From assembly GCA_030390025.1 (NCBI GenBank), contig CM059432.1, positions 129,458,001-129,522,000 of the forward strand: a DNA stretch of 64,000 nt, read 5' to 3'. Source of the stretch: Squalus acanthias (taxonomy: Eukaryota). The notes beneath the pieces were generated by a model. The model was given only the letters and a program-made list of their open reading frames with translations, made no database searches and was not told where the DNA came from. Below, piece after piece: positions 13,251-26,900 of this stretch; the stretch's first letter is position 1; each line of letters starts with the position of its first letter. Both the position numbers and the translations under genes were made by a program.

Positions 13251-13736
13251 AATATCTTTGTTGTATTATTGCAAGATTTGCTGAGTTTCATTCAAAGGTT
13301 AGCAGACTTCAAAAGAGTAATACGATTGAATTATTATCTCAATCAAGTACCAGCTTGGCTCAGTTGGGAGCAGTCTTGCCTCTAATCAGATAAATGATAG
13401 GTTCAAGTCCCACTTGAGCACATAATCTAGTGCTGGTGGATACCCACCTGCATACTACGATGCATCTTGTGCCATGCACATTGCGCCCGACTCCCCTCCA
13501 GTAGTTACCAGTCCTCTGCAACATAGCTCCTCCACATGTTCGTTGCTCAGATGCAGTCGCAAAATTAGTGAATCGGTGTTGTGACAAAATCATGTTGCCA
13601 ATTCACTGCGATCTGTTCTAGCCACCAACAGCGCAGCTCTCTTCGAGACACCCAATATGGTCAAACCTTTCCTGATTCCTTTGACTTTTCCTTACCAACT
13701 CGCTGGAATGAAGAGTCAACATCAGAGGCTCCTATA

Positions 13737-14115
13737 ACAACAACAAGAAAAACTTGCATTTATACAGCGCCTTTAATGTAGTAATAATATCCCAAGGCAC
13801 TTCACATGAGCGTTATCAGACAAAATTTGACACCGAGCCACATAAGGAGATACATAGGAAGATGCTTGGTCAAAGAGGTAGGTTTTAAGGAGCGCCTTAA
13901 AGGAGGAGAGAGAGGTAGAGAGGAGGAGAGGTTTAGGGAGGGAATTCCAGAGCTTAGGGCCCAGGCAGCTGAAGGCACGGCCACCAACGGTGGAGTGATT
14001 AAAATCGGAGATGCGCAAGAGGCCAGATTGGAGGAGCACCAATATCTCAGAGGGTTGTAGGGCTGGAGGAGGTTACAGAGATAGGGAGGGGCGAGGCCAC
14101 GGAGGGATTTCAAAA
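13737..14115 (-). mobile_element. L2-clade LINE 3' end
   Basis: GGRAFSCLGPKLWNSLP...SLSSFKALLKTYLF ORF2 C-terminus; tail aaaggcgctgtataaatgcaag plus TTG-type repeats. Confidence 0.75.
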
Positions 14116-14667
14116 CATAAATCAACATATCATCTCCGACCCCACAGACCGTCAACTGGCATTGTTGTAGTTGGGTGCTTCGAGATGGATAGGGACAGTG
14201 CGCCTCAAATCTTCACATATGAGGCCTTCATAACGGTGACAAGTGTCCTTGCGGACAAATACAAGCAATGTCCCACTTTGTTGAATCATGTCCACTAACT
14301 AAACTACCTGAGGGCCCACATGCTTTGCATTTTGGAATTATATGCTGAATCTGCATAAGCTAAATAATAAATAATAGAAGAGATGTTAAATTAAGACCCT
14401 GTTCTCTTGCTCAGGTGAATGTAAAAGATCCTAGGATGCTGTTTGCCTAACATTTACTGTTTGTGGATCCTTGTGCACAAATTGGCCACTGCTATTGCAT
14501 AATAAGTGACTGCACATGCACTTCCTAAAATGCTTTGGGATGTAATAAGATGGTACGTAAAAGCAACTTATTTCTTTATTTTTTTGCAATAACTTACATA
14601 CTGATGCCACATTTTATTCCTTGTCCTTATGTAAACACATTTCTCTGCAAATATACATTTTATTATT

Positions 14668-16248
14668 GGCCCTGAATTTCTGATCGGAAAAAAATCTACG
14701 AACCTACCTGCTGGTTCCGTAGATCCAAGGCTTCCGATCCTGGGCCCCTCCTTTTGGAAATGTGCAGAGGCCCACGTATCCCAGGGGCGCACGCGGTTCG
14801 CAAGGGCCCCTGGGGTCACGTGGGCCAGGTGAACCAATCAAAGAAGGGAATCCCCCTTCATACTTTTGACAGGTCTGTAGGGACAGAACTGTCAAAAGTA
14901 TGAATGGGGATCACATTTAAAAACACACTAAAACATTAAATAAATTTTTTTTTAAATTACATAATTAAAATTAAATAAAATTCCATTTAATTAAAAAAAA
15001 TTAAATTAATTTTTTGGAAAAAATATTACGGGCTGGATTTTCATTGACCCGTGGAGACGGGTTTGGAGGCGTGTGGAGGGTTAAAGTTGCAGATTCGGGG
15101 GTCCCGAACCCATCCCGCCCCCAACCCGCCTCCATGTCAGTTTCGCTGGAGGCGGGTACCCGACCTGTGCTGGGACCCGCCTCCCCGAGGCAGGAAGGGG
15201 ATTAGTGACAATTAACTGCCTGTTAACAGGTAGTTAACAGGCAGTTTTTTTGCCTAATCCCTATTTTAAAAGCTGAAATGTGGGCTTCCCGACAGGTCCC
15301 AACCACGGCAAGTTAGCGAGGTGGACCGTGGGTCTGCAGGGGTTGGAGGGGTCGATATGTCCGGTGGGCAGGTGAGTGATGGGTGCATGTGTGCAGAGGT
15401 AAGTGTGTAAGGTAAGTGTAAAGTGTGGAAAAAAGTTTTACTTACCTTAACTTCCTCCTGCAGGTGTCAGCCCTTCAGGTCTCGGGAGTTAGAAATCTCA
15501 CCGGCACAGAAAGCACAATGGCCGTTGATTTGTCAAAAACTGCAGCCTTCTGCTTTCTGTGCTGGAATGATTTCTAACTCAGCCTGAGAGGAAGGACTCA
15601 AGTTAGAAGACAGATTGTCAGTGTTTGACAGCTTCACAGAGCTGTCAAACGCTGATATTTCATCTGTCAAAAGCTCTTGACAGATGAAATGTCAATCTGT
15701 GATGTCACCTGTTGCCGGGTGGCCCTTGATTGGCCTGCTGAGCTCAGTGGGCGGGCTCAACAAGGTCAATCAAGTGAAAATACAGTGGGTTGGCCACAAG
15801 TCGATGGAGGCGGGACTACAACCCAAAAAGTGGAGTCCCGCCTCCATCCCGTCCCCAGTATCAAAATCCAGCCCTACATGTTTTTACGGGGCTAAAAATA
15901 AACTTACCTTTTTGAAGAGTATTTTTAATTTATAAGTGAATTATCAAATTTAATTTTTCTATTTTTCAACACTCTTAAGCTGGTAAAAGCAGGCCTTACG
16001 CATGCTTCTACCAGGCGTAAGAATTCTATGGCCTTTCAGCGGGCGGAAGTTGTACAGAAAGCGGAACTCTCCACCCGCGGAGGCACTTTTCCCGGGCAGG
16101 CAGATGATCTGTCAAGAGAACTCTTGACAGGTCGCAAGTGCCAGGTTTTAGCACATGCGCTTCGCATGCCTGAAACCGGCACTTGCGAGGCCCCTACGGG
16201 TGTGTACACACCTCGTACGCACCCGTGGGGGGTCAGAAACTCTGGCCC
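14668..16248. mobile_element. MITE hosting a nested MITE
   Basis: Imperfect TIR ggccctgaatttctga / tcagaaactctggccc; AT-rich core interrupted by 15030-15874. Confidence 0.45.
15030..15874. mobile_element. Harbinger-type MITE
   Basis: Perfect 12-bp TIR GGGCTGGATTTT, 3-bp TSD TAC; related to copies at 37474, 46027 and 62040. Confidence 0.75.
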
Positions 16249-16589
16249 AATATTTTCTCATCACTTCAGGTTAACTGAACATAAAGGGAAATGGAAGATG
16301 CTTGAATGGGAGTTATTTTTTCTTCAAACCATTAATTCTGTTTTCTGTTTAGAGATTATCACTCTTTTATTGTTTTGAGACCTACAAGGCTTAGGAAAAA
16401 ATAGAATTTACAAAGCAAAGAACTGTAGCACACATGCTGTGCAATTGAAATAAGACATTTGTCTTGGTTGCAGTGGTTTAAGTATTTTCTTGCTGAGTTA
16501 GTTTCTGTATAAAGTACCAAACACAAGTATTGCAGTTCATCCATTACATCTTATCCAGTCAAATTACAGGTTTCATAGTCCCTTCTTCT

Positions 16590-18400
16590 TTTAATTATTA
16601 ATTTACGGGATGTAGGTATAACTGGTAAGGCCAGCATTTATTGCCCATCCCTAAATGCCTTTGAGAAGGTGGTGGTGAACTGCCTTCTTGAACCGCTGCA
16701 GTCCCTGAGGTGAAGGTACGCCCACAGTGCTGTTAGGGAGGGAGTTATCATAGAATCATAGAATGGTTACTGCACAAAAGGAGGCCATTCGGCCCATCGA
16801 GCCTGTGCCAGCTCTCTGCAAGAACACTTCAGCTAGTCCCATCTCCCGCCCTTTCCCCATAGCCCTGCAAATTTTTTTCCTTCAGGTACTTATCCAATTC
16901 CCTTTGGAAAGCCGTGATTGAGTCTGCCTCCACTACCCTTTCAGGCAGTGCATTCCAGATCCTAACCACTCGCTGCGTAAAAAAGTTTTTCCTCATGTCG
17001 CCTTTGGTTCTTTTGCCAATCACCTTAAATCTGTGTCCTCTGGTTCTTGACCCTTCCTACTCTGTCCAGACCCCTCATGATCTTGAACACCTCTATCAAA
17101 TCTCCTCTCAAACTTCTCTGCTCTAAGGAGAACAACCCCAACATCTCTAGTCTATCCACGTAACTGAAGTCCCTCATCCCTGGAACCATTCTCGTAAATC
17201 TTTTCTGCACCCTCTCTAAGGCCTTCACATCCTTCCTAAAGTGCGGCGCCCAGAATTGGACACAATACTCCAGTTGAGGCCGAGCCAGTGTTTTATAAAG
17301 GTTCATCATAACTTCCTTGCTTTTGTACTCTATGCCTCTATTTCTGAAACCTAGGATCCCCTATGCTTTTTTAACTGCTTTCTCAACCTGCCCTGCCACC
17401 TTCAATGATTTGTGCACATATACCCCCTGGTCTCTTTGTTCATGCACCCCTTAGAATTGTACCCTTTAGTTTATATTGCCTCTCCTTGTTCTTCCTACCA
17501 AAATGTATCACTTCGCACTTTTCTGCGTTAAACTTCATCTGCCACATGTCTGCCCATTTCACCAGCCTGTCTATGTCTTCTTGAAGTCTATCCCTATCCT
17601 CCTCACTGTTCAATATACTTCCAAGTTTTGTTCCAGGTGTTCTAGGATTTTGACCCAGCAATGATGAAGGATTGGCGATATATTTCGAAGTCAGGATGCT
17701 GTGTGGCTTGGAGGGGAATTTGGAAGTGGTGGTGTTCCCATGTGCCTGCTGCCCTTGTCCTTCTAGATGGTAGAGGTCGCAGGTTTGGGATGTGCTGCTG
17801 AAGAAGCCTTGGCAAGTTGCTGCAGTGCATCTTGTAGATGGTACACACTGCAGCCATGGTGCGCCAGTGGTGTAGTGAGTGAATGTTTAAGGTGGTGAAT
17901 GTGGTGCCAATCAAGCGGGCTGCTTTTTCCTGGATGGTGTCGAACTTCTTGAATGTTGTTGGAGCTGCACTCATCCAGGCAAGTGGAGAGTATTCCATCA
18001 CACTCCTTACTTGTGCCCTGTAGATACTGGAAAGGCTTTGGGGAGTCAGGAGGTGAGTCACTCACTGCAGAATAACCATCCTCTGACCTGCTCTTGTGGC
18101 TACAGTATTTATGTGGCTGGTCCAGTTAAGTTTCTGGTCAATGGTGCCCCTCCAGGATGTTGATGGTGGGGGATTCGGCGATGATAATGCCATTGAATGT
18201 CAAGGGGCGGTGGCTAGACTTTCTCTTGTTAGAGATAGTCGTTGCCTGGCACTTGTGTGGTGCAAATGTTACTTCCCACTTATCAGCCTAAGCCTGGATG
18301 TTGTCCAGGTCTTGCTGCATGCGGGCTTGGACTGCTTCATTATCTGAGGAATTGCGAATGGAACTGAACAGTGTGCAGTCATCAGCGAACATCCCCACTT
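16590..18400 (-). mobile_element. CR1/L2-group LINE of a second family (3' part), split by a CR1 insertion
   Basis: IYRAQVRSVMEYSPLAWMSAAPTT peptide; collinear with the copy at 42785-44475 once 16747-17632 is removed. Confidence 0.75.
16747..17632 (-). mobile_element. 5'-truncated CR1 LINE
   Basis: LQEDIDRLVKWADMWQMKFNAEKCEV, LARPQLEYCVQFWAP, FFTQRVVRIWNALP; (ATTCTATG)2 tail at 16747-16763. Confidence 0.85.
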
Positions 18401-18755
18401 CAATGTAATCGAAATCACCACAACACCACTGAACAGTCATTCAACACAGGAACTCTTTTATTTCATTTTGAATGTTTCTCTGAGGACAATGGCATAATTA
18501 AGCAACCCCACCAGGATTTAAAACAAATATTAAAGAGGAAGGATATTCCACTGAACTGATGCAAAATAGTAAAATGTTCTAGTGGGTGATATCTGTACAG
18601 TCACTCCTGTTTCACAATTGTCCCTGGTTACTGTACTATAATGCTTTTGAATTGCAACCAGAGGCAGCCTGAACATTTTGTATCGAACACCTCCTTGATG
18701 TGGCAACATAAAGTTTCATTCCTGAGGGATCAGGCGAAGCATGTTAATGCGCATC

Positions 18756-18851
18756 TTATTGTTCCTTCATGATGCCCCTGGACTGCCGCATTATGATGTC
18801 CCCGAGGTGGAATTCGACAGGAAATATCTGATCATAGGTTGTCTCTAAAGT
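18756..18851 (-). CDS. Candidate last coding exon of an unidentified host gene (TLETTYDQIFPVEFHLGDIIMRQSRGIMKEQ*)
   Basis: Non-repetitive sequence, acceptor tttttgctttataaccAG, phase 0 fits exon 39384-39486, minus-strand AATAAA at 18457-18462. Confidence 0.4.
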   Translation of the reverse strand, partial: TLETTYDQIFPVEFHLGDIIMRQSRGIMKEQ

Positions 18852-19169
18852 CTGGTTATAAAGCAAAAACATGTTAATAAGAGATACAGTTGAGATTATA
18901 CAAGCACATCTCTGTTCACCACTTTAAGGCCCTGCCACTATTCAGTGGAACATACTTCCCTTTTAATTAGCAGTATTTAGGCGATTTTAATAATTCAGAG
19001 CAGCAGTACTCTTGGTGGGCCCTATTCTTTACTGTATTTTTTAAAAATAAACTGAAAATGTTAAAGCCTTTTATCGATATAATACCATTTTTTGTGTCTG
19101 TCCATCCATCCAGAATTTAATGTGCAAGGTTTCCGAATGGTTCAGTGTGTCTCGTATTTATTCTTGGTC

Positions 19170-19297
19170 AACCAATTACATTCCAGAGAAAAACCCACTA
19201 AAAATGGCCAGTCACATTCTGCAACAGATGACTAACCATTTACTCTCAGTTAAACAAATCTCCAAGATACAGCCATTGTGACAATACCCCATCAACT
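19170..19297 (+). repeat. 128-bp flanking duplication, left copy
   Basis: Identical to 37009-37136 except for 2 substitutions; abuts the outer LTR. Confidence 0.95.
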
Positions 19298-20687
19298 TGT
19301 AAGGGGTTACGGTTCAGGGTGCTTGTGCGGGGTTAGGCCTTCGTTGCCTAATACTATTGCTTGCTCTGGTCTCCGGCCAGCCTTGTTGCAATAAGCACCT
19401 GTGAGTGGTTCGACCCACTCGCCCTTACGGTTCTAACACTGGACTTAGGTGCGAGAGCAGTAATGCAGAGAAAAACTCAGTTAGACCCGGTTGAATAGTA
19501 CGAAATGGAAATCTTTATTGCATAACGTCCAAAATCATGAAGTACATGTCATAGGCACAAATTAATGACAGTACAAGTATACATACATTCATAAAACTTG
19601 GTCTAGGGTAATGAGGATCGCACGGCACATCGTAAAAAGGGGAACACATTATATTTATCCTTAATAAAACCACCCTCCCCTATTAATACCTACACTAATC
19701 TAGATTTGTAGGATCGAGGAAACATGCTCACCACTCGTGATACTTTGGAGAATTTTAAACGAGGCACTCGGCTTGTTTCGCTGCGACACCTGACTGTCAC
19801 ATGTTGGAAGGGGTCTCTGTACCCCACTTGTTTATCTTCGCTGCTCCGGCAAGCAGGCTGGGCTCCCCGTTGTCATGAAGAACTCGACAGTGCTCGGACA
19901 CGGTTGTAGAAGTCCAGAGAGACAATCAAAAGCTCACCAGTCAAGCGAGTCCATGAAGTGGCAAGTGAATAAGAGTTTAGCAGTCATCAGCCAGATAAGA
20001 GAATAATAAGCAAGAGTTCAGCCCGAGTCAAGAGTCGAATCAAGAGAATAAGAGAGCGATGGACATTTGTTGTCTATAGTTATAGTGCTGTGTTCCCTTA
20101 TCTCCCGCTCAAATCTTGATGTTTGTCCTTTGTGTAATACTGGTGCACAAAACTCCCAGCATGGGGCGATTCTTTCCTTTAATGGGTTTCGGTAGCACCT
20201 TAAACTGGCCAACTATCCGTTAATGTTTTCCCCATTGTCGAACCAGCTAGGAGTCTCCCTGACTGGTTTTGGGGCCTCCTCGAATACTGACTTAATCACC
20301 CGAGAATGGCTCTCTCATTGTAGAGCTGTGGGGAATTTGCGTATTGATGTATCTGGATGGGCCTTCGATTGCCCATTACAATGGTCCTTACTTGTGCATG
20401 GAAAATGATTCCAGCACTTATATCTTTGCTATTGTGTCGAATGCAGACAGGTTGCATCCTGTCTTTATCAGTGTTTACTGAGTATTATCCAATCTTATAC
20501 TGAAATGTATATTCTAACGCCATTTTGTCTGCCCACTGAAATTCTGGAAGCTTCTGCCACGAGGCGCAGCGGCCATTTTACAGGCTTCTGTGTCCTTTAT
20601 ATCATGACAGCATTTCGTTTAAATAAACTGAGGAAACGAATCTGCTTTATCTCGTTATTTCGAATTGCGATAATTGCGAATTTTACA
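19298..20687 (-). repeat. 3' LTR of outer element (1390 bp)
   Basis: Direct repeat of 35607-37006; minus-strand AATAAA at 19514-19519; preceded by the PPT. Confidence 0.95.
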
Positions 20688-20699
20688 GTCCCTCCTGTT
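20688..20699 (-). promoter_or_regulatory. Polypurine tract of outer element
   Basis: AACAGGAGGGAC immediately before the TGTAAAA start of the 3' LTR. Confidence 0.85.
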
Positions 20700-21129
20700 G
20701 ATGCGAATAACTCCGCTTATCGTATCAATTAAAAGTGGTGGTGAGCAAAATTACCCCGATTCTCCACATCCAAACACTCCCTTAACTTAAACTATCTAGG
20801 GTCTCCATGCCGTCCTCATTTCCCAGGGAAAATTACATTATCTAAACTTGGACAAAACCGTAGGCAGTATTGCCTTTTAAACTTACATCGCATATACGTC
20901 TTCCAGGTGCAACAGGCCGATGCCTCTCGCACCACCTGTATATGTATTTTATTATACAAGGAAAAAAAAAATAATAATCAAACAACCATTTTAAAAATAC
21001 AAAAGTTAAAAAATAATCAAAAACAACTCTTTTAAAATACAAAGTTCCCAACTTGGTTACATATCTTCATAACTAACAATCAATTACAAGAACACACATG
21101 GTAAAATGGAGCGGCGTCATCCTGGCCGT

Positions 21130-21251
21130 TTACACGGCGCTTTCCTCGTGCACGCGCACGTAACGTTCTCTCCACTCTCCTGTGTTCTCCTGCTTTGTGA
21201 AGCGCTTGCCTCTCTTGCAGTGCACGACCAATAGGTACACTACAATTATTA
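21130..21251 (-). pseudogene. env: C-terminal end of outer env (rest of TM helix plus cytoplasmic tail)
   Basis: Removing the ERV and one CTTGG restores the frame: ...HILVVCQ|VIIVVYLLVVHCKRGKRFTKQENTGEWRERYVRVHEESAV*. Confidence 0.9.
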
Positions 21252-21256
21252 CTTGG

Positions 21257-21856
21257 TGAAAGGGTTAATTTGAAATGGTTAAATTCAACTTCTGCAGGAC
21301 TCGCAAAAAGACAGTGTGCAGTGAAGGTTCTGCAAAACAAGATAAGGAATAGATACGGTCCCAGCTGCCGGACAAGACCAAATGGGGGCTCAGTGTACAG
21401 AATATTTCTAATAACTGAAGTATTGAAAGAAACATCCCAGAGACCTTCTGAAGAAGTGATAAGAATGTACTACTCTAGCTAGAAGTTGTAGGCACAGTGC
21501 CCAATAAATGATAACATACAGAACTGTGTAGGCACAGCAGGATGTAGTGATCGTGGGACCCTAGCCCATGATCAGAAAGCATAGCAAGATGTAACTAACC
21601 TTTTATGATTGTTGCCAAATAAAAATGAATAAGCCAAAATATAATCAGGTGATTAATGTAATATAATGTGATTGGATGTAAATCGATGTATGATGGCATG
21701 TAGCCAGAAAAACTAAATAAAAAGCTGTATTAACCAATGTTAGACGAGAAGGGGGTACACAAGGTCACGGGACCTTTGTCTCTTCTCCCAAAGTACTTTG
21801 CCTAATAAACTGTGTGTTGAGCTTTACACAGACTCTGAGAATTATTTTCTCCAACA
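21257..21856 (+). repeat. 5' LTR of inner ERV (600 bp)
   Basis: TGAAAGGG...CCAACA; AATAAA at 21804-21809; differs from the 3' LTR by a 17-bp indel and one substitution that I could see. Confidence 0.95.
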
Positions 21857-21859
21857 ATT

Positions 21860-21876
21860 TGGCGTAGTCGGCAGGA
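21860..21876 (+). promoter_or_regulatory. Primer-binding site, tRNA-Ser
   Basis: TGGCGTAGTCGGCAGGA is complementary to the 3' end of vertebrate tRNA-Ser (...UCCUGCCGACUACGCCA). Confidence 0.9.
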
Positions 21877-22564
21877 GGCTGCGAGGCTGAAAAACCGTCT
21901 GTACCAGTGAACTCGGACGAGTAGTCAAATTTTGACCGTCCAGAAATTGTGTCATCTGGGAACGCGGAGTAACAGCATCGTAGCATTCCGAATGAGAAAG
22001 AGCTGTGGGAAGTAAAAGACACACAGTAAGTAGATGTGAGAGAGAGTGAAAGAAAGTGAGTAGATGGTGACTGTGGATGTTGAATAAGACACACTCAGCC
22101 TGAGCTGGTTGTTAAGAGGGCAAATGCCCCACGCGAAGGCCAGGATTAACTGAGTATGTGGATTGAATGAAAGTAAGAGTACACAATTTGAGGACATTTG
22201 AATGATATAAAGTAATTAAGGCAGAACTGTTGTAGCGATATATGCCGAGAAGGGTAAGGCCTGACTAAGCCCAGCGGACAAGGGGAGTGCCTGTCTCATA
22301 CGCCTAGCCTCAGGCCGGTTATTAAGAGGGCAAATGCCCCACGTGAAGGCCAGGACCATAAAGTAGGCGTAGAGGCTCCAAAGCACTCCGGGAGGTAAAG
22401 TCAGAGGTGTGATTGAGTAACCAAAGTGCCACGAACTTTTTATTCGAAAGAGACTCTGTCGCCTAGAGAGACGCAGCAGAAGTAGGGTAAGACTGACGTC
22501 AGACTAGGTTTCCTAGACCAGCCCGATTAGAGGGACGCAGTAGAGGACTGACGTCGGACTATAT

Positions 22565-23985
22565 ATGGCATCGGGGAAAGAACTAGACTGGGGGCCAGAA
22601 GGGTCCCTTACTAGGTTCTATGCAGATGACCGGAAGGGTATGGTGGAAAAGATGATCAAGGACGGATGGGATCCGTTCCAGTCACCTGCCACTCAGAGGG
22701 AGTGGTGGAGGAGACAGAAACAGAAAAGGATTAAGAAAGCTGGAGTGATCTTGGTACACCAACTGGTCGTAGTGACCAGGAAGGTGCAAAATCTACATGT
22801 GGGCTTAATGAGACACAATGAGAAAATCTTAGAGCTACAACAGGAGAATGAATACTTAAGAACAGGACAGAAATTAAAGGATGGATATAGGATGGATAAA
22901 AGTGAACTCTGGAATGAACAACAGGCAGGCTTGAGTGCTGACGCGGGGGTTAGAAGATATGGTGAGGAAGATGACATACCCCCCCCCATATGCCGTATCA
23001 GCTTCGGCACCCCCGGTAGATAATTTTAACGTAGGGGATGACGAAGATGAAAAGATAATCACTAAAAAGGCAGCACCCATAACACGGACTAGGGGAGGTA
23101 GTGCTGATTCCGAAAGATTTAGGTATCATGCATTTACCCCCGCCGAAAAACAAATGATAAATCAAGATTTGGGGGCATTACTGCCAAGAAAATGAAATGT
23201 GGAATTTTGGGAAAAATTGGAAGAATTATACGATATACATAATATGCTTGAAAGGGATGTCCACCAGATAGTTCGTGCCAAATGCCCAAGGGACAAGTGG
23301 AATGCATTACCAGCTAATTTCCGAAGTGGCACTTGGTTGCCAACAGCAAGTGAAACCCAAGCCATTCGGGACACAAAGAGGGGTGAGTTCAAGAAAATGG
23401 TCCAGGATACAATGGGGGCTGCATCGCCAAATTGGGGTTTAATAATGCAGCTACAACAGAAGAAGGGAGAAAATTCAGATTCGTATGGGGGAACGGCTCT
23501 GGTACCAATATCAGGAATCCTCGGGACAGGAAGACCCCCAAAGGGATGACCCAGTATTTGTAAAAATGTACAAAGATGGCCTGTCCTCAGAACACCAAAA
23601 GATACTAAAACTGGGGGTAGTTGTGGCTGACACCTACAATGCGGTAGTTAGATGGGCTTGTCAGATAGATGGAGCAGAAGGAGAGCGAGGAAAGGCTGTT
23701 AAACAAGAAAAGGTGGGAGCAGTCGGAGTTCAGCAAAGAAACTCCCAGCCGAAGAGAGGGGCGTGTTTCAATTGTGGGAGAGTGGGACATATGGCTAAGG
23801 ATTGTAGGAGTCCCAAACAAAGTATCCCGACTTGTGGTAATTGCGGTAAGCAGGGACATCGCGCCAACGACTGCTGGGGCCAAAAGCGGGAAAATATGGG
23901 GTCAGGAAATCAGGGTCCTAGACTGAGCCCCGAAGAATATCAGAAGTTTTTGCAACTTGTCAAGGACCAGGGAAATGACCGCTGA
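22565..23985 (+). pseudogene. gag: Inner ERV Gag (2 frameshifts, 1 stop)
   Basis: PPPY late domain (22980-22991), MHR-like [15 protein letters not shown], two CCHC knuckles [14 protein letters not shown] and [14 protein letters not shown]. Confidence 0.9.
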
Positions 23986-26900
23986 CTGGCAGCGGCCCCC
24001 GCGGGAAGAGAGGAGCATGACGACCGTGTCTATGTGCCAGCGCTGTTAGGGGGCCGGCAGTGCGATATGCTGGTAGACACGGGAGCAGCAGTGTCAATTA
24101 CAGACCTGCCTCTTCCCGTCACCAAACACAAAATATATATATCAGGATTAGGAGGGGAACGAATTTCTGCATATAAAAGTGAAGTGCAGGTATTAGAGAT
24201 AGCGGGACGACTACTCCCCGCGCAATTTTATGTATGCCCCAATAATGAAGGAACTATTTTAGGAATAGATTTGTTAAGAGAATATAATATACTGGTAAGT
24301 CCGGTACAGAATAAAATAATTTGGTCCCAAATGGACGGAAACAAGACGGGATTAACAAAACCTTTGGGTCCCCTAGCTAAGGTGGGGAGTGCAAAAACGT
24401 TAAAACGAGACTGGAGTCAGGAAGACGGGACGTATGGGGCTATATGTGAGAACATCAAGACAGTGTGGGCAGTCTCAAAGCAGGATACTGGGTTGGCAGA
24501 AGTGGACCCTATCATAGTTCCCGGTCCAGAGCATAAATCACACAGACAATATCCCATTAAGCCAGAAGCACAGGAAGCTGTGTCAAAGATAGTACGGGAT
24601 TTGGAGGAAAGAGGAATAATTAGGGCAACAGAAAGTACAACCAATTCCCCTGTGTGGCCAGTAAAGAAGCCGGATGGGTCATATCGATTGACTATTGACT
24701 ACACAGCCCTAAATAAGGTAACTCCAAAATTACATCCAATAGTGGCCAGCCCGGCCACTATTTTAAACGGTTTGAGTATGGAACACAAGATATTCACAGT
24801 GTTGGACATAACCAACGGATTCTGGTCCTTGCCCTTGGACCCGGAGTCCCAGAGTAAGTTCGCCTTCACCGTGGGGAATAAACAGTATACAGTACTTGGA
24901 CCCGATTGCCACAGGGATTCCACAATAGTCCAGCAATATTTCATCGGGTAATGAGTTCATTATTAGAACCTATAGATCTTTCCCCGTATCGTAGCACTGT
25001 ATTACAATATGTAGATGATCTGTTAATAGCATCAGAGGATGAAAGGGGCATGCAGCAGCCCTGGTTGTAATCCTACAAGCACTAGAAAAGGGTGGATTTA
25101 AAGTAAACCCCAGGAAGGCTCAGATTGGACAGAGCATAGTTACTTACTTGGGACAACAAATATCCCAGGGGGTCAGGACAATGCCTAGTGACCGTCGAAA
25201 GGCAATACAAGAGATGCCTCGACCGGTCTCAGTCAGAGGAGTTAGGAAAGTCCTGGGTCTTTTTAATTATAGTAGGAACTTTATACCTAATTTCGCAGCG
25301 ATAGTGGAACCAGTTCAGAGGCTCGTAAAAGGGGGAAACCCCGGTAACGCCCTCATTGAATGGGGACATGAGCAACAGGAAGCATGTGGGAAATTAAAAC
25401 AGGCATTGATAACAGCCCCGGGACTCGGGCTACCCGATATGAAAAAGCCATTCCATATACACTGTGAAAATGAGGGAGGATTCTATGCTGCAGTAGTTAC
25501 CCAGCAGCATGGAGACAGAAAACGACCGGTAGCATACTATTCCACCCAGCAGTCACCGGTGGCCGCAGAGCTGTCACGGTGTGTAGCAGCATTAGATTGT
25601 GCAGCATGGGCTGTGAGGGTGAGCGAACCCACAGTAATGACCGGGGATATCACCCTGAACACCAAACATACGCTGGTAGAAATGCTAAATAATAACAAAT
25701 TGAGGTCAGTGTCAAACATGCGTAGGGCGCGATGAGAAGCTGTTTTGATACCTAAAGATGAATCAGTAAAAATCGTTCGGGATACCGGGGAGAACCCAGC
25801 AGAAGGTATTTTAGGGATGGGAGAACCCCATGAATGTGCAGATGTAGATGACGAAGTTGATAGTAGCCCAATACAGGATGAACCACTGGAGGAAGCTCAG
25901 CTTACCCTTTATGTGGATGGATCCCGAAAGTATATTAACGGAACACCACGAACCGGGTGGGCAGTTGTTAATGGCCAGTTGAAAACTGAGTTATCTGGGA
26001 GGTTAGACGGGGGGCTCTCGGCACAAGTGGCAGAGATAGTAGCCCTAACAAAAGCCCTGGAACTAGCTAAAGACAGAACTGTAAACATCTACACAGACAG
26101 TAGATATGCGTTTGGGGTAGTACATGATTACATGACAGCATGGGGACGGAGGGGATTCGTAACGACAGGAGGGGATCATATTAAGCACCAACAACGTATA
26201 GAAGACCTCCTAGAAGTGGCAAAAGCCCCAGCGCAGGCAGCAGTAATAAAAATAAAAGTGCACCAAAAGATACAGAGTATAGAACAGGAGGGTAATCATG
26301 CAGCAGACCTGGCTGCACAACAGGCTCTCGAACGAGAGACAATCGAAGAAAGTGTAGCCAGTGTACAGGTGGAAGAAATAAATATTAGTAAACTACACAA
26401 AGATACCTCAGAAGGAGAAAGACAGGAATGGTATCATGCAGGAGGAAGACCGGATAGAGAGGCCATATGGCGAAAAGAGGGAAAGGTGATAGCCCCTACC
26501 TGTATTAGGCAGTTACTCTTAGAGTTACATCATGGAAATGCCCATACCGGGCGGGGATCAATGATTGAACTAATAGGCAAGGAATGGTGGTGGCCGGGGT
26601 TGGGAAGAGATGTGGCAAAACATTGCCAGAGATGCATAACGTGTGCCCAACATAATCCGGGACGGCCAGTTAGGATACGAATGGCCCATCAGCCGAGACC
26701 AAGGGGACCATGGGAGAACATACAGATAGACTTCATTGGGCCACTACCTACCTCTAGGGGACGCAGGTACTGCCTGGTGATTATAGACCAATTCACAAGG
26801 TGGGTCGAAGCGTTCCCCACCCGGGATTGTACTGCCACCACTGTGGCACGAATAATGGCAGAGGAAATAATTCCCAGATGGGGAGTACCAATTCAAATTG

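Noticed and set aside
19724..20732. Short ORFs (61-75 aa) inside the outer LTR, repeated at 36043-37120
   Set aside because: They are duplicated only because the LTR is duplicated, have no recognisable motifs, and most are antisense to the element.
20842..21051. 69-aa hydrophobic ORF after the outer env
   Set aside because: It has a TTG start, and its hydrophobicity comes from a duplicated T-rich tract. A small spliced exon near 20935 cannot be excluded but is unsupported.
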